From Octopus bimaculoides (taxonomy: Eukaryota), in assembly GCF_001194135.2 (NCBI RefSeq), contig NC_068981.1, positions 179,334,840 to 179,387,406 of the forward strand: a DNA stretch of 52,567 bases, given 5' to 3'. A program made the position numbers and the translations under genes. The notes beneath the pieces are model-generated. The model was not told the DNA's origin. It was given only the letters and a program-made list of their open reading frames with translations, and made no database searches. Positions 12,890 to 25,955 of the stretch are shown here, piece after piece; position 1 is the first letter of the stretch, and each line of letters opens with the position of its first letter.

Positions 12890-13270
12890 ATAGTAATTAT
12901 TGTTTCTAACTTTGGCAAAACATTGGTGGAAGTCGACTTCATTTATTGTAGTAGTTGACAAGTGCATTATTTTATCAACTTTTAGTGTACGAAAGGCACA
13001 AATGACTATGGCGCTATCCGAATTCGGGATGTAAAGTGCAGTTAGAAATACTCAGGGGGATTTGTCGATGCTCTAATGATGCCAATCCACCGCACTAAAT
13101 TGTGACAGCGATAATAATTACTTCTAATTTGGGTAGAAGGCCACGCTTTCAGAGGGAAGAGTATCCATTGACATACACCAGTACTTGTTTGGCACATCAT
13201 ATTATCGGTCTCGGAGGGATGAAAAGCCAAGTTAACTTAAGTTGGATTTCAACTCACAACCTAAAGAACC
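12890..13270 (-). mobile_element. Two older, diverged family B SINE copies
   Basis: Degenerate matches such as ttatcggtctcggagggatgaaaagccaagttaac versus ttatcgaccccgaaaggatgaaaggcaaagtcgac in younger copies. Confidence 0.5.
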
Positions 13271-13322
13271 TGAATGACATTGACTTGAGACTTCAATCCT
13301 TCACCTGTCTAAATAGTAATAA

Positions 13323-13531
13323 ACCTTTCTGCTCTAGGTAGAAGGCCCGAAATTTGGAGAAGGGGCTAAGTCAATTACATTGACCTCAATGTGCAACTGG
13401 TACGTATTTTATCAACTCCAAAAAAAATGATATGCAAAGTCGACCTCGGTGGAATTTGAACTTAGAACACAAGGAATACCGCTAAGCCTTTTTTGCTCGG
13501 CGTCCTAACGATTCTGCCAACTCGCCGCCTT
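13323..13531 (-). mobile_element. tRNA-derived SINE, family B (Nin/Deu-type central domain)
   Basis: Head aaggcggcgagttggcagaatcgttagg, B-box-like aagttcaaattcc, central domain related to gtcgactttgcctttcatcct; 17-bp flanking direct repeats. Confidence 0.9.
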
Positions 13532-13548
13532 TATCTAAATAGTAATAA

Positions 13549-13766
13549 TAATGGTTTTAAATTTTGCCACAAGGGCAATCATTTTAAGAGAGGCAATGAG
13601 TCGATTACATCGACCCTAGTACGCAATTAGTACTTAATTTATCGACCTCAAAAAGATGAAAGGCAAAGTCGACCTCGGCGAAATTTGAACTCAGAACATT
13701 TGGACGGACGAAATGCCACTAAGCATTTTGTTCGGCGTGCTAAAGATTCTGCCAGCTCGCCGCCTT
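13549..13766 (-). mobile_element. tRNA-derived SINE, family B, with a different 3' tail
   Basis: Same head and central domain gtcgactttgcctttcatcttttt...gtcgataaattaagtac; flanked by the same 17-bp repeat. Confidence 0.9.
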
Positions 13767-16520
13767 TGTCTAAATAGTAATAATAATACGAATTCTGAAA
13801 CAATGATACTAATTGTGATTGGATAATACTCTATTTTTATATTTTAGCACGTTCAACAATATGATCATTTTTTAATCCGTTTTTAATATTGCACCAACAA
13901 CTAACAGTACACTCCTTATTTGCAATCTTATTTCATGAAGCTTCATAACTATCCAAATCTAAGATAAACTGTGTTCCACTTTACAGTGAAATGCATTATA
14001 GATATTATTGAGCAAACCTTGAAATCTCTTTTCATTTAAATACACTGTTTCATTGTTTTATTATTAAAGTCAAAAAGCCAGATAATCTTATTCTACAGTT
14101 TCATTAATGGATTTCATGCAACTTCATCGTTTCACTCTTATTGCGTCCGTTTACTTCCAATCTCCAAATTGATCTTGCCATTCACTGAGAATTCCGGAAA
14201 ATCCGGAGGTCTTCATTGCTATAATATTCGTTTGAAATCCAGATACATACGCTCTAAATATTCGCTTCGTGCTGATGAATAAAACTTACATTGTAGGAGT
14301 GTCTACATAGAGAATTGATAATTAAATGGGAAAATTCTCGGTCTGAAACCATAAGTTTCAATTTAATAAAATCGCAGTGAAGTTAAATATTTTCTCTGAT
14401 ATGCAATCCATTTAAATAATGCATAATTTAGCAGAAGCAGTTAAGATCGGAAGCTAGAGATTAAACTAGATTAAAACTAAACGAAATTTCGTTTGAAATA
14501 TTTTATTCTGCATCCGAAGAGAAAGAGCACGTCTATAAATATTCTTCAGATATCTTATCAAGAGATGAAAAACTGAAAACTAATTTAATGTTTTAAGTTG
14601 AACTATTGAAAAGTAAAAAAAAAAAATGATAGTTGAAAGACTTACATATATATTTATTTTGTTTCCGAGTGAATAGTGTGTTGGAAAGAGTTGTGAAGCT
14701 TCAAAGATTATGTCAGTTGATTCGCATTTAAAGCGTATTAAATAAAATATGTTCTAAGTTGATGAATGGTGGAAAATTATCTCAATACTAGCAATATTAG
14801 AAAAATCATAAGATATATTTTTTGGGTCATAATCGATAGTACTATAGAGTATCATATACTATGATTCAAATTATTTTTTGCTGTTATATAATGGTGAAGA
14901 TGCACCAATTTACACTATTTCCACATAAGTAACTGTTCAATCTGATGGGTTGAATAAAACTACGATCGTCTGTGTAGGTACACATTTCAAGAGTGTTGTG
15001 TTACATACATATGACTTTCTATTAAATGTTTTCTTTCACATAACTGATACTAAAAATTGTGCGAAGACATTTTAGTAACGCTGGGATTGTCAAGTTTTCG
15101 TTTACACTTATATTAACTGCATCATTCTCATAAGTCTCTGAAGGCTTGCATAAGTCATAGGCACAGTGCTACGTACTACCTGCTTGATGATGTATAATAA
15201 TGTTGAATGCGGAAAAAGCGGTCAACTTTTGTAGTATCCTCATACAAATATAAGCAATTATCCGCCTAGCGAACTCTAGTTTAAACTCCCACCTTTCGTA
15301 AAGTGAGTTGTTTTCCTTTAATTTCTTGGATAATCAGTTTCATAATTTGAAGACCATTCGAAGATTTGTTTATTTATACATGAAGAGATGTCTGCTGCAG
15401 CTTGCCGAATTGAGAGTGTTTTGTATTTCCAGTCGAAGTGTTCAAGTGCTTTGATGAGTTGTGCCACGTAAAATACTGTTATCTAATGTCAAAAATACTT
15501 TCAGAATTTTAGAGTTGTATGCATACACGCTAGGATATATACATACATCTATGCATTATTATATAGGAATATAAATATACGTAATTACACACACACACGC
15601 ACATACAGAGTATATGACTACACTGACTCTGGGCGCGTAGGCTGGACCTATCTTATCAGAGTTCAGGAGAAGAGTAAGAGATTTGAAGCAAATTCAAGAT
15701 GGTTTCCAGATGTTGGACATCTATTGGACAGCTCAGGTCATGTGGAAAGAACGTCAGTTACGGTATAGAAAAGACCTTGGCAGCCACTTCAGCATGCTCA
15801 CCTCGTGCCCTGAGATGTCCAACAGAAGTCTGACATCTAGAAATCTTCTTGAATTTGTCACATGTCCTTTACACTTCTTTTGATATGTAATGAGATGGGT
15901 CCGTCCTAGGGGTCCATGTAACTTTAACATACGGAGCTGAATCATATTGTTAACTAAAATATAACTTTAAACAAATAAGTCGACTCATGTATGTATGTAT
16001 GTATGTATGTATATGCATGAACATTCAGTTACATATATATGTGTGTGTATGTGTGTGTATATGTGTGTGTGTGTGTGTGNNNNNNNNNNAAGTCGACTCA
16101 TGTATGTATGTATGTATGTATGTATATGCATGAACATTCAGTTACATATATATGTGTGTGTATGTGTGTGTATATGTGTGTGTGTGTGTGTGCGTGCGTG
16201 TGTGTGCCAAATCTTTAATGAATTTTTAAGTTTATGTATTTGTTTTGCAAAATTCCTGATGTAAAATCGTGTGTTGAAACAGGTATTGTTATATTTCAGG
16301 ATGGTCTTTTCTTTTGGCCATATAAACACTCAGTGTATTCTCTTTTTTCACTTCAGCTATTATTGTTCTTATTTTAGTGAGATTTGTATGAAATCTTTCG
16401 TCATACATTGTGCGACCTCTTCAACGAGTCAGCGAAAGATTTCAGGTAAGGGACACTAAAATAAGAACAATGATAAAGCTGCAGTGAGGAACGAGTATAT
16501 AGTGTGTGTGTTTATTTTGC

Positions 16521-16936
<416 letters not shown>

Positions 16937-17104
16937 TACCGAAAAATGAAAAAAATACGTTAATAAATTATCATGTTCACGTAAAACAACGAGAATCAAA
17001 ACAATGACGTAATGATATGCCGATATTTCAACCTATCCAAGGATTTTTCTATGGTTTCTTGCTCTATCTGTTTACTACCTGTTAGAAGTCATGCACTTGC
17101 ATAT

Positions 17105-17105
<1 letters not shown>

Positions 17106-17186
<81 letters not shown>
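17106..17186. repeat. (CTA)n microsatellite
   Basis: Direct reading. Confidence 0.98.
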
Positions 17187-17187
<1 letters not shown>

Positions 17188-19304
17188 TAACTGCACCGCA
17201 TATGCTTTTGTGTATATTTATAAATGTATATTATACTATTAGCTTTTTTGAATATAAAATTATCACATTGCACAATACTTTTAAAGTATATGTTTGCTTC
17301 CTAATCTTATAGAGCGTTGAAACACCAGTGAAGAATTCGATTACCTATAATGTATCTTTGTGGCTGTTTTGCTTAGTTATAGCTGAAGCCTGATCAAATG
17401 CACTTCAGCTGAACTTATCCTGTCATTTGATATATATTTAAGGACTACATAATCCAATGATTCCATCCATCGGATAACATAGTCGTCGGGGTTTGAAGGG
17501 AATTAGCTGCTACTATAGCGGATCGACTGATTGCTTGGAGGCTACCGTGTCAGCTTAGCGGCGGTGAACCCTTCCAAATAAGAGTTTACCGTAGGCCATG
17601 GTACTTAAGAAATAATAATCAAATATAAATCGCACGCAGCTCAGCTGTACTTCCGAAAAGTCGATAAGAATTTGTGAAAGGTTTTCTGAATTTGTTACAA
17701 TGTCACAAGAATATGTGAGAGGTCACAATTATGTGTCAGAGGTCAAGAGTATATGTGAGAGGTAGAGTAGACTTATAAGTAGTAAGGGCGGTGTGTGAGG
17801 TTACGTTGCCATGTTTCTAGTTTCATATTAACAGTAAAATATTAAAAAATTGATCTGCAAAGGAACACAATGCTCACTTATTTTTCAATAACCTTAAATA
17901 AATTATATTGATAGCAAATAACACAAAGGAAACAGAAACAAGTCCTAAAACATGACATTAACAAGAGTAAATCAATAAGTTCCACCTAGGAAATAAATAC
18001 CGTGTGTAAATGTTAAAGCTTGTATTTGATTGAAAAGATATGTGAAGCGCAAAGTATCAATATCGTGATGCGTAATATGTATTGCAGTGTTTTTGAAATA
18101 AAGATTACTTATGAAAAATTGTGATTAGTTAATAAAATTATCTTCGAAAATTAGAAGGGAGGAATTTAAAGAACAACAACGTCAATTATTTTTCTTATTA
18201 TAAATGACATACAATAAACATATAATAAAGTATCAACTTAGAGTGTAAAATGCTCGTAAATCGCTATATTTCTATTTAGAAATTTATAAGTAAGAAAACA
18301 ACGACCAAGAATCTCGAAGTTATTAATGAATTTTTGAAAGTTAACATAGGCAATGAAGGAGAAACTAAATATGATAGGTACGAAAAAATTCTAGTTTAAA
18401 ATCCTTAGCAGAAATAGTAAGAGTCCAAAGGGACATTACTATTTTAAAAGTTTGATGACATTTATGAATTAGGGGAACATTTTGATTGCTCTCTGTCTCT
18501 TTCTCTCTCTCATCTGCTCAAAATTTTGGAACAACTGCTTCATCATATTTGTCATCTTAGCTGCTTAGTTGTCTCTTTCTGAGCATTTATTTGTCGAAAC
18601 GAACAAAATAATAATTTAAAGATCTGCATTTGAACAGAATAAGTTAGGACTACAGAAATCCTGAAAATCTGGAGCTGATGAATATTGAAATCGTAGAATT
18701 GTAGGACAAAATATAAAAGAAATGAATGGTGTAACGCAGACGACTTTAGAGAAATATTTTCTCGTCAGAAAGGTAAATGAAGTAGTGGTAATAATAAAAT
18801 AGCACCGACTAACTTTTATACAAATCAAGATTTAATGTATAACATGGACAGATGCATAAAATACGGCAAAAAATATGATTGATAAGTATATATATATATA
18901 TTCCGAATTAGTGTAAATACGTATAGAATAATATATCAGTTGAATAAAGTTAAAATATGGTCTGGTTTCCATGTTTTTTTATTATTGTAGTTAAAACCTT
19001 TTTTTTTTTACAATGCTGAAGTGTGTTAAACATCAAAAAAATATTTTGTAATATTCATAAAGTTCAATTAGCGCTTTCAAACGTTCGTAGTAATCTTCAG
19101 ATTTCAAAATGTATTTAACTGACAGTTGCGTTCTTGACAGCTGTAGTAAAATCACTAACTTCTCCCTTTCTATACCTCTTAGAAGGTTCCAACAAGCTGA
19201 ATTTTTGGAATACAGTTTTGACCAATTCGCATGCAGTTTAAACGTCACGGTTTTCCAGGCGTACCGATATTACTGGCCTAGATCCCGCCTTTATTTTAAC
19301 GAAT

Positions 19305-19535
19305 TAGATATATGTATGTGTGTGTATATGTTTGTGTGTGTGTCCCAACACCGCTTGACATCGATGCTGGTGTGTTTACGTCCCCGAAACTTAGCGATTT
19401 GGCATAAATAAGAGACCGATAGAATAAGTACTAGGCCTACAAAGAATAAGTCCTGTGGTCGATTTGTTCGACTAAAGGCGGTGCTCCAGCATGGCCGTAG
19501 TCAAAATGACTGAAACGAATAAATGAATAAAAGAA
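19305..19535 (+). mobile_element. SINE family A, 3' half
   Basis: ...gctggtgtgtttacgtcccc...ggtgctccagcatggccgtagtcaaaatgactgaaac; followed by (CA)n. Confidence 0.9.
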
Positions 19536-19536
19536 T

Positions 19537-19584
<48 letters not shown>

Positions 19585-20459
19585 CTGAAATAGTGGTTGC
19601 ATGTGTGCTCTATACCTTTTCATTGGGACAGTTACATCTCTTTATTTTTATAATAAATTATTTCGGAAATGAAGTATGAAGTAGCAGATTTATCCGTGCA
19701 TAAATGGGTATAGTTATTCATGTAGAGTATAATAGGAGAAATGTGCAATAATAACCGGATGTTTTCTCTGTATATGCATATAGGATCTATCAAGTCAATG
19801 AGTATGTACAACAGAAGCCGATCGATAATAGTTAAGTGTTGAAAATTAGTAGGCGTTTGGGAGGGTTGTATATTATCAGTAAAGTAAAAGAAAATATACG
19901 ATGTGTGTAGAGTCTGCATCAGTGAATAAAGATGAAAACAGAAAACAAAATGATGGGGGAAAAGATGATGGTATAATCAAGTTAACGAAGTTAACGTAAT
20001 TAGAAAGAAAATCAAATAAAAAGGTGGGGAAACTTGCAAAGCCAAAAAAAGGAAAAAAAAAAAAGAAAACAAATTGAAAACAGAAAACAAAAGAACAAAT
20101 GAATCCAGAAAGTCTATGACATCAGGTGGAAAAGTATAGCAGAAGTTAAAGGTAGAAGATTACAAAGAAAAGAGCTCAAATAGACTATAAGAATGGAGAG
20201 AGAGAGAGAAAAAGAGAGAGAGAGAGAGGGAGAGAGATAGAGAGATAGATAGATAGAGAGAGAGATAATATAAGAGCAATGATACAGTTATATATAAAGT
20301 AAAAATACAGTCTGTATAGTTTATTGTATTTGTTATTATTGCTTTTTATATTATTAGTGGTTGTGGCCATACTGGAGTGGGGAATAACACTAGGTGTTTC
20401 AACTTGAGGCATTCTTCTCGCATTAGTAATGTAGTTATAATATATAATGCCAGTACTGA

Positions 20460-20509
20460 CAATAACAACAACAACAATATCAATAATAATAATAATAATA
20501 ACAATAATG

Positions 20510-20545
<36 letters not shown>

Positions 20546-20555
20546 GTAATAATAA
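20460..20555. repeat. (AAT/AAC)n array
   Basis: Direct reading; adjoins the LINE fragment. Confidence 0.95.
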
Positions 20556-20556
20556 C

Positions 20557-21390
20557 GTCTTTAAATTATTCACAAAAAGTGAAGCAGAATTGGACAGTCT
20601 ATGCGGATTTTCTCCAATGATATTAAGATGGAGTTTGGGCTCTCAAAAGGTGCTACGATGGTGAGGAGACGAGAAAAGATTGTCAGGACAGAAAGCATAT
20701 GTTTGCCAAATACTGAAATAATGAAGGCAATTCAACCACAATCCAGCTATAAATACCAAGGAATACTTGTGGCAGATGGAATTAAACACAACGACATGAA
20801 AGGTAAGACAAAAAGACGGTACCTGCAGCGAGTGAGAAAAATATTGGCTTCAAAGATGAATGCCAGAAACATAATTTCGGCAATAAACTCACGTGCAGTC
20901 GAAGTAGTTCGGTATGGCGCTGGAATCCTGATGAGGGCAGAAAGGAACTAAAGAAAATGGACAGGAAATGAAGAAAGTCCCTAATGAGCCCATCATCCAC
21001 GTACAGACACTGATCGTTTATACTTGAAGAGAGCAAGTGAAGGAAGAGGACTGATAAGTGTGGAAGACTGCGTACGTATCGAACTCGACAGCTTAATGAG
21101 ATACTGAGCCCAAAGTAAAGAAACCTTGCTAGTGTCAGCTAAGAACGAGTGAGTATTGAAAGCAGAGAAAAATGGAAAAAAACAAGGGAAAAGTACAAAA
21201 AGGATGTGAAGAAGAATTACTCAAAAAGGGACTACACAATCAATTCCATGTCGCCACAATAGAAGTTGCTGGAAAACATAGGGGGCAATGGCTGAAGAAA
21301 GGAACACTAAAGAAAGAGACTGAGAGCGCTATACTATCAGCGCAAGAACAAGCTTTCACCACGAACTGGAGGGTCAACCATGTGTTTACG
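20557..21390 (+). pseudogene. R4/Dong-like LINE fragment, RT C-terminal and thumb region
   Basis: FKLFTKSEAELDSL, RIFSNDIKMEFGLSK, SYKYQGIL, AINSRAVEVVRYGAGI, DRLYLKRASEGRGLISVED, WLKKGTLKKETESAILSAQEQA; frameshifts and stops present. Confidence 0.85.
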
Positions 21391-21679
21391 TGCGAATAAA
21401 TATAGACAAGCGTGCATGTGCACACACATGGTGGATAATCTGACGTTCTAGGGAAGAATAGTCTTGATTCGAATCGAGGACAATTATGAAATAATATCAG
21501 GGACGCGAAGAATTTCTTAGAATAGTGCGAACTGAAAGAGAAAACTATAAAGAAACGAAAAGACAGCGAAGGAGAAAAAGAAACCTTGTATCTGTACCAC
21601 ACTGCGAAAATAAAGTAAAACTGAGAAAGTAAGCTAGAAATATAAGAACAAATACTATAAGACAAATACTATAAAAAAT

Positions 21680-22560
21680 TAAGGTGTGTAGCCAAAAATT
21701 ACAAAGAAAATATTATTGAGGGAAAACATTCCCTTATCGACATTTTGTATAGCTGGACAGATAGAATATTAGCTAAGATGAAAGCCTTCAATGTTTGAAC
21801 TATCGTTATGAAGTTTTAAATGCACACGTTTAATCTGTAGCTAGAAAAGAGCTGTTTGCTAAAACAATAATCTAACATCATCTGCAAGACTATGCAGTAC
21901 ATGTAGTTGAACACTCCTGTCATAGACAACATATGAAGAGTTTGTAACATCTTGCTGAACTATTTGCATAGATAATTTGTTTATTGTAATCAAATGTTTG
22001 TACTGTACATAAACGCACTCTCTCTATCTGATCGACACTGCCTTTGCAAGTCCACTATGTGTCACGAGTCAGATGTCGAGCAACACGCGGTAGAATATTT
22101 TGCTCAAAAACAAAAATAGCGCCCGATCCAGGAACCGAAACGACGATCTTGAGTGCAACACCGTAATCACTAGGCTATGCATTAAATATACACATGATAT
22201 CTCTATATAATCGGTATATATCTAGAGCTATATCTAGTAGTTAAAGGTTATACGCAAACATAGCTGAAAACAGGTTTACGGCCAAACAAAAACTGTTATA
22301 AGAGAATGACATGATAAAGAGAACTTAAACCAATCAAAAAGACTCATAGACAAGAGACATATGAAAACCTATGCATTCTGGTAGACAGCGATATTACTTC
22401 CGACAAAAGGATGTCAAAAAACTATCAAAACACAAAGAGTGCGTTATTGAAATAAGATGATAGTAAAATCAGTATCGAAATACTGGATATTACAAAGGTA
22501 TCATGAATAAATACATAAGCAACATATCAAATATCGCAGTGTTTCACAAACTATAAATTA
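21680..22560 (+). pseudogene. Older R4-like remnants (zinc knuckle and restriction-like endonuclease), split by a SINE
   Basis: ICRLCS near 21,880 (cf. CRLC CCHC motif) and NLCILVDSDITSDK near 22,370 (cf. CxLIDVAIPxD); heavily decayed. Confidence 0.45.
22080..22180 (-). mobile_element. tRNA-derived SINE head fragment
   Basis: Minus strand gcctagtgattacggtgttgcactcaagatcgtcgtttcggttcctggatcgggcg. Confidence 0.65.
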
Positions 22561-22825
22561 AACATCCTGAGCATAACATAGTTTTCAGGTCAGTAACACA
22601 GATTACAATCTACAGTTCTATACAACTATCTTCAAATACTAATGAAAAAATTCACAACCACAACGTAAGAATCAACATATCATATGAAAGAAATTATATG
22701 TAACCTTCTCTCAACACTTAATGGCAATATTAAACACAACACAGGAAACAGAACTTCCACTAGTTGTACAATGAAAGCTATGCAGGAAACCACAAATAAA
22801 AAAAAAGAAATACATAAAAACAATG

Positions 22826-23360
22826 ATAATAATCCTTTCTGCACTGGGCACAAAGGGGAGGGGGTTTGTCGATTACATCGACCGCATTGCGAAACTGGTG
22901 CTTATTTCATCGACCTCGAAAGGATGAAAAGCAAAGACGACCTCGGTAGAATTTGAACTCAGTACGTCAAGGCGGACGAAATATCGCTAAGCATTTTGCC
23001 CGAGGGGCTAACGATTCTGCCAGCTTGCAGCTTTATTAATATTAATAAGGATTTCAAATTTTCATACAAGGCCAGAAATATCAGGGATGGGAGTCAGTGG
23101 ATTATGTGGAAGCAATTTGAACTCAGAACGTATAGACAGACGAAATATCGCTAAGCATTTTGCCCGCCGAGTTAAGGATTCTGCCAGCTCGCCGCCCTTA
23201 CAACAACAACAAATATAATTCTTTCTACTGTAGGCACAAAGCCTGAGAGTTAGTGAGGGCTATAGTCGATTACATCGACCGCAGTACGTAACTGGTACTT
23301 ATTTTCATCGACCCCGAATGGATGAAGGGCAAAGTCGACCACGGCGGAATTTGAACTCAG
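22826..23360 (-). mobile_element. Three head-to-tail family B SINE copies (22826-23033, 23040-23198, 23215-23360)
   Basis: Repeated aatttgaactcag and gattctgccagct motifs; the middle copy has an internal deletion and the last is truncated. Confidence 0.88.
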
Positions 23361-23588
23361 GAAAAAATAATGACGATGATCTGGGTGCGGAATTCTGGGA
23401 TATCTCTGCCCAGAACGACAAAAGTAAATATTTTTTTTTTTAATTTAAAAATGGAACGAATTCTACAGAAATTAAAAGTAACGTGTTCTGATAGTTTTCG
23501 ATTCCTTTTGATTAAGTATTTTCTAAAATGAGTTCGAAAACCTATAAAACTATATGGATTAAAATAAACAAATATTGCTGGTTGTGAT

Positions 23589-23971
23589 TTGTTGGCACTC
23601 CGTCGCTTACGACGTCGAGGGTTCCAGTTGATCCGATCAACGGAACAGCCTGCTCCTGAAATTAACGTGCAAGTGGCTGAGCACTCCACAGACACGTGTA
23701 CCCTTGACGTAGTTCTCAGGGATATTCAGCGTGACACAGTGTGACAAGGCTGGCCCTTTGAATTACAGGCACAACAGAAACAGGAAGTAAGAGTGAGAGA
23801 AAGTTGTGGTGAAAGAGTATAGCAGGGTTCACCACCATTCCCTGCCGGAGCCTCGTGGAGCTTTAGGTGCTTTCGCTCAATAAACACTCATAACGCCCGG
23901 TCTGGGAATCGAAACTGCGATCCTATGACCGCAAGTCCGCTGCCCTAACCACTGGGCCATTGCGCCTCCAC
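23589..23971 (-). mobile_element. Full-length tRNA-derived SINE, family C, with 12-bp TSD
   Basis: Head tggaggcgcaatggcccagtggttagggcagcggac...gtttcgattccc. TSD gctggttgtgat at 23577-23588 and 23972-23983. Confidence 0.93.
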
Positions 23972-24326
23972 GCTGGTTGTGATATGTGAGAGTAAAAAGC
24001 GAACAGTACCGACAATAAGTGGCGCACAATATATGAGAATGAAAAAGGAATAAAAACCATAAAGGTGTAGAGGGTTTTATAATATATATATAAATATATC
24101 TAATTGGGGTCCACCTGTTCTAGACAATATAATTTCAATTCCATAGCACAGTTTACACAAACTTTCTGCTCAGTTATTTCTCAATGCTATGTAATGCAAA
24201 CCTACAGAACACATATGTAATATAATTATTGACAAAATGCTAATATAGCACAACTTAAATAACTCAACGAGGATGAGGAATTATGTACATTATTTGATTC
24301 CCGGCAGTGACGCGAATAATAATAAT

Positions 24327-24599
24327 AGTGGAATCTAAAAACAGAAACAATTCCTATCATAGTAGGTGCCTTAGGTATAATAAAAAAATATTCAGACAAA
24401 TACATAACAAAAACACCAGGACTTACAAATATATATAACATACAGAAAATTGCACTACTGGGCACTGCACACATCCTACGCAAAACACTTTCAATACAGT
24501 AACCATAAGAGCATCACAGCAAACCACAGCACATACCCAAGGCACACGGAGCTGCGCTCGGTAGTGAAGTGAAAGCACGTTATAAAAATAAAACTACTG
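24327..24599 (+). mobile_element. R4/Dong-like 3' end, second copy
   Basis: WNLKTETIPIIVGALGIIKKYSDKYITKTPGLTNIYNIQKIALLGTAHILRKTLSIQ*; about 9 differences from the 16.6-kb copy over ~230 bp; AAT runs on both sides. Confidence 0.88.
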
Positions 24600-24619
24600 A
24601 ACAATAATAATAATAATAA

Positions 24620-24795
24620 CATCGAAAATACCTCAGCAATGAGAACCCAGGTTCGAAATTTCTCCAAGAGACCTGATGAAGGCTGGAGGGTATATCAGCC
24701 GAAATGTTGTGTTAACAACAAACAAGATGAGGACAAATATCCGTCAAGTGTAAATAATGCAAATAATGTAAATAATGCAAATAATGTAAATAATG
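24620..24795 (+). mobile_element. Penelope-like pLTR/3' fragment ending in five 9-bp repeats (aaataatgY)
   Basis: Carries a hammerhead-like motif; an inverted copy of the 9-bp unit lies at 24286-24295. Confidence 0.6.
24668..24713 (+). ncRNA. Minimal type I hammerhead ribozyme-like motif, decayed
   Basis: gagac-CTGATGA-a-GGCTG(10 nt)CAGCC-GAAA-tgt-t-gtgtt. Stem II is perfect, stem I pairs 4/5, and stem III is one C>T change from the ACGT palindrome. Confidence 0.6.
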
Positions 24796-24959
24796 AACTC
24801 AACGAGGAGTTACTTATATGTTTGTTCGAATTGCTAGGAGTAGCAAGAAAAATCTAACACCAAATTATATCCTATTCTTTTTAAAAGTGTAGAATATATT
24901 AGATTCTTTAATTGGGCAATTGACACGGGTGAAACGCTTTTGAACATAGATGTGAAATG

Positions 24960-25440
<481 letters not shown>

Positions 25441-25505
25441 AATGGATCCCTAAAATAACATAAGCAACAAAACAAAACAAAAATAAAACAACAGATAGAC
25501 GTTCT

Positions 25506-25549
<44 letters not shown>

Positions 25550-25893
25550 TGAAAATAACAAATAATGTGAATATTGTAATTAGCAAGCATACTTTTCAGT
25601 TGAATAGTAATAATTAACTGTCTAAATAACAACAATACTATAAGCTGCAACAATAAAAAGCAATGCCATGAATTAAAAAAATATAAACCAACAAAAAAAA
25701 AAGAACTGTCATCAGAATCATCAACGTCGTCGTCATCATCGTCGTCGTCGTTGTCGTCATCATCGTCATCATTATCAACATCATGATCAGCAGCAGGTGT
25801 AGTAGCAATAAGCAATACGTGTAATGTAGCAACAACAACAATAGAAGCGGCGGTAGTACCATCAACAACGGTCTCAGCAGCAGCAGTAGTAGT

Positions 25894-25943
<50 letters not shown>

Positions 25944-25955
25944 TAGTAGTAGTAA
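25506..25955. repeat. Trinucleotide mosaic: (TAG)n, (CAT/CGT)n, (CAG)n
   Basis: Direct reading. Confidence 0.9.

Noticed and set aside
15650-15930. Possible MULE or mariner transposase fragment on the minus strand
   Set aside because: Similarity (FSIP*LTFFPHD) is too weak to assign.
17700-17765. Three ~20-bp tandem units (gtcacaagaatatgtgagag)
   Set aside because: Short degenerate minisatellite without unique spacers; not CRISPR-like.
23870-23971. tRNA-like sequence
   Set aside because: It is the head of a TSD-flanked SINE; no full cloverleaf. The same applies to the other SINE heads.
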